From a virus: DNA of 64,000 nucleotides. Shown piece after piece: positions 63,657-64,000 of this stretch. The notes beneath the pieces are model-generated. The model was given only the letters and a program-made list of their open reading frames with translations, was not told the DNA's origin and made no database searches. Each line of letters begins with the position of its first letter. Within the stretch, counting starts at the first letter, position 1. A program made the position numbers and the translations under genes. The stretch spans positions 34,412 through 98,411 of IMG/VR virus record IMGVR_UViG_3300045391_002681; one strand, 5' to 3'.

Positions 63657-64000
63657 ATGGCCACCGCCGCCGAAATCCAACAGCTCGAACAAGAGTGGGC
63701 CTGCATCCACTACGACGGTGGATCGGCTGAGGCTGAGCGCGATGTCCTGCGCCGGCTGTCTGAAGCCCGCCAAGCCACGGAGAGCACGGACGAACGGTGC
63801 TTCCGTCTGGGCCTCCGAGCGGCCGAGAAAGACATGGAGGCCGAGCGCCACATGGCCGCGGAGGCTGAAGCCGCCGGCCGCGCCGCCCATCGCAGGAACC
63901 GAGGCGAAACCGCCCTGGCCGACAGCTTCGACCGCGAAGCCCGCGCCTGCCTCGCCTGCGCTCAAGACGCCATGGCCGAAGCTGAACGTCTCCGCTCCCA
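63657..64000 (+). CDS. First early gene, partial (homologue of 21551-21967)
   Basis: MATAAEIQQLEQEW...ATESTDERCFRLGL. Confidence 0.75.
   Translation, partial: MATAAEIQQLEQEWACIHYDGGSAEAERDVLRRLSEARQATESTDERCFRLGLRAAEKDMEAERHMAAEAEAAGRAAHRRNRGETALADSFDREARACLACAQDAMAEAERLRS

Larger units (their letters stand above)
31383..64000. mobile_element. Prophage 2, P22-like podovirus type (right end outside the window)
   Basis: Lysis, ejection, gp10/gp4, coat, scaffold, portal, terminase, replication and cro/cI genes. Confidence 0.93.

Noticed and set aside
1-64000. CRISPR array, or a single giant phage with two head modules
   Set aside because: No regularly spaced repeats found; duplicated immunity, replication and packaging modules separated by an att site fit two prophages better

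Overview
The window is entirely prophage DNA from a high-GC alphaproteobacterium. A Caulobacteraceae-like host is inferred from a GcrA homologue, a host-like DnaB and a SleB-type endolysin. It holds two same-orientation lambdoid prophages in tandem. They meet at a hybrid attP-like site at about 31300-31485: the 3' half of tRNA-Phe flanked on both sides by an identical 17-bp arm-type repeat. Prophage 1 (<1-31426) has an HK97-type head module with two capsid paralogues, terminase and HNH genes, a tRNA-Gly flanked by two CCA-ended tRNA-like RNAs, YdaU/DnaB replication genes, two methyltransferases, GcrA, RusA, an RNA ligase, a cro/cI switch, ERF/YqaJ recombination genes and an integrase. Prophage 2 (31383->64000) is P22-like. 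It has a lysis cassette containing an orphan OmpR-type winged helix, ejection proteins, an inverted sterol-desaturase moron, gp10/gp4/coat/scaffold/portal/terminase genes, YdaU replication and a different cro/cI switch. The most striking unexplained signals are: (i) a portal clip-like module present three times (in the portal, as a stand-alone 88-aa gene, and inserted in the prohead protease) next to a second capsid gene; (ii) the array of tRNA-shaped RNAs; (iii) a near-identical 21-nt hairpin upstream of both unrelated major capsid genes; (iv) three inverted genes, each spanned by an antisense ORF that is translationally coupled at both ends. All family calls come from motif recognition by eye; no searches were run.
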